64,000 bases of DNA. It comes from Raja brachyura. Taxonomy: Eukaryota. Of the stretch, positions 62,691 through 64,000 are shown piece after piece. Each line of letters starts with the position of its first letter. Positions within the stretch are counted from its first letter, which is position 1. Made by a program: the position numbers and the translations under genes. The stretch lies in NCBI GenBank assembly GCA_963514005.1, contig OY740820.1:17980001-18044000 (forward strand). Reading direction: 5' to 3'. Under the pieces are notes generated by a model that ran no database searches, was not told the DNA's origin, and saw only the letters and a list, made by a program, of their open reading frames with translations.

Positions 62691-63916
62691 GAGTGCAAAG
62701 AGAGCGTTTCTCTTCAGGTGAGTTCAGGATTGCAGAGTTAACTCCAATGTTTGCAGAGCTGCCTGGTGAGTCGATTAATGAAGATAGTTGGAGAGGAAAC
62801 AAACAGAGGTCCAAACAAGTGGTGTTAAATACAACCTGGAACCGAGGGGGGAGTGCTGGAAATCCTCAATTCATGGCAGTATCTATAGGGAGAGAAAATC
62901 AGCGTTAATGTTTATAATACTTACCTAACAGCAGAACTGGCCAGTTCTGATACAAACAAAAGGAGCACATTTGAAGGAAATTAATGCTGGCCAACTTTCC
63001 ACACATTTGGGGAAAATAGTTAACTTTGCAATTTATAGTGTGAAAATATTAAAATTCAATATATTTCTAATTTGATGAAAACTTATCCTAAAGATCTTAC
63101 AAATTTACATTGATGTTTTTTCAATACAACCTGATGTTATCTTTCTTTAATAAGGGGCCAATCCTTTTACCTCCTCACACATCTCCATGTTGGTACGGCA
63201 CTCTTAACATAATTCACGAAAGGGCCGAGTCTGTTGTCTCTCGTCTGTTTGGTGAAAACGCCAAAAGGATAAAGGATGTAGGTCTATGTAAACAATGCTG
63301 ACAGTCAGGGCAATAGCACAAGGTTACTGTTGACAGCAGGGGCTCAGAGTTCAGAATAACACAACCGGAATGAACACTTGTAAACTGTACCAAGTTGAGA
63401 TTTTAAGATTATGAAAATCCAATTTTCCTGAATAGAGTAGATGAATATGTCTCAGTTAAATTAAATTGTTCCAAAAACTCTTAGTATTGCAATCAGCGGA
63501 TATATAATGATGAATGTACCATATTTGTTCAAAATAACCAGTCCTAGTAATCTTGAAAGCTATTATGTGGAGCTACTTCCTCCAATTTTTTTTGTCCTTT
63601 CTTCTTAATCTCTTTTTCCATGATAAGTGCTGAATTTTTCAATTTGTGGAGTATGGATCTTTCTAGTCTAGTATGGCTAGCGTTTATTGTCCACCCCTAA
63701 CCGTCTATTCTAATCATTCTTCCTAATGTTTTTGGAATTCAATTGTACAAAAGACGGCAATCACTTGTATTGCACAATTCCGTTTCACTGAAGTTCCATT
63801 ATAAAAATTGCCTAACCACTTCAAAAATGTTTAAGATTTTGTTTTTCAAGCGAGCCATGTAAAAATCGCTGCTAACGGGCCTGTCCCACTGCAGCAACCT
63901 AATTTGCGAGTTTAGA

Positions 63917-63919
<3 letters not shown>

Positions 63920-63960
<41 letters not shown>

Positions 63961-63961
63961 T

Positions 63962-64000
<39 letters not shown>
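63920..64000. repeat. Compound (GT)n(GC)n(CA)n microsatellite, truncated by the window end
   Basis: Direct reading of the sequence. Confidence 0.97.

Noticed and set aside
52924-64000. Next SCAPER exon (SMAEVLAKKEELADRLEKANEE...)
   Set aside because: Searched by eye and not found. It probably lies beyond the window end.

Overview
Eukaryotic genomic DNA from a cartilaginous fish, most likely a skate or ray. This host call is inferred from HE1-type SINEs, HER1/CR1 LINEs and SacSINE1-like repeats. The window holds eight consecutive + strand coding exons of SCAPER (S-phase cyclin A-associated protein in the ER): 4450-4567, 8407-8495, 21209-21397, 36164-36264, 38013-38144, 39985-40130, 45554-45819 and 52705-52923. 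All have AG/GT boundaries and their phases chain in frame. The start-codon exon and the downstream exons were not found in the window. The long introns are filled with retroelements (CR1/HER1, Rex1/Babar, HE1 V-SINEs, DeuSINEs, two solo LTRs), a Harbinger-type MITE and a 128-N gap. The most striking signal is about 30 short pieces of a Penelope-like element (PLE) 3' end. They carry a minimal type-I hammerhead-ribozyme-like motif (CUGAAGA-A-stem II-GAAA-CG-UH) with pairing-preserving variation between subfamilies. Several are inserted as self-complementary fold-back units with 10-17 bp target-site duplications. One copy is still joined to an open GIY-YIG endonuclease frame. Almost all ORFs in the supplied track are spurious or repeat-derived. 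Repeat boundaries are approximate and family names come from recalled consensus features, not database searches.
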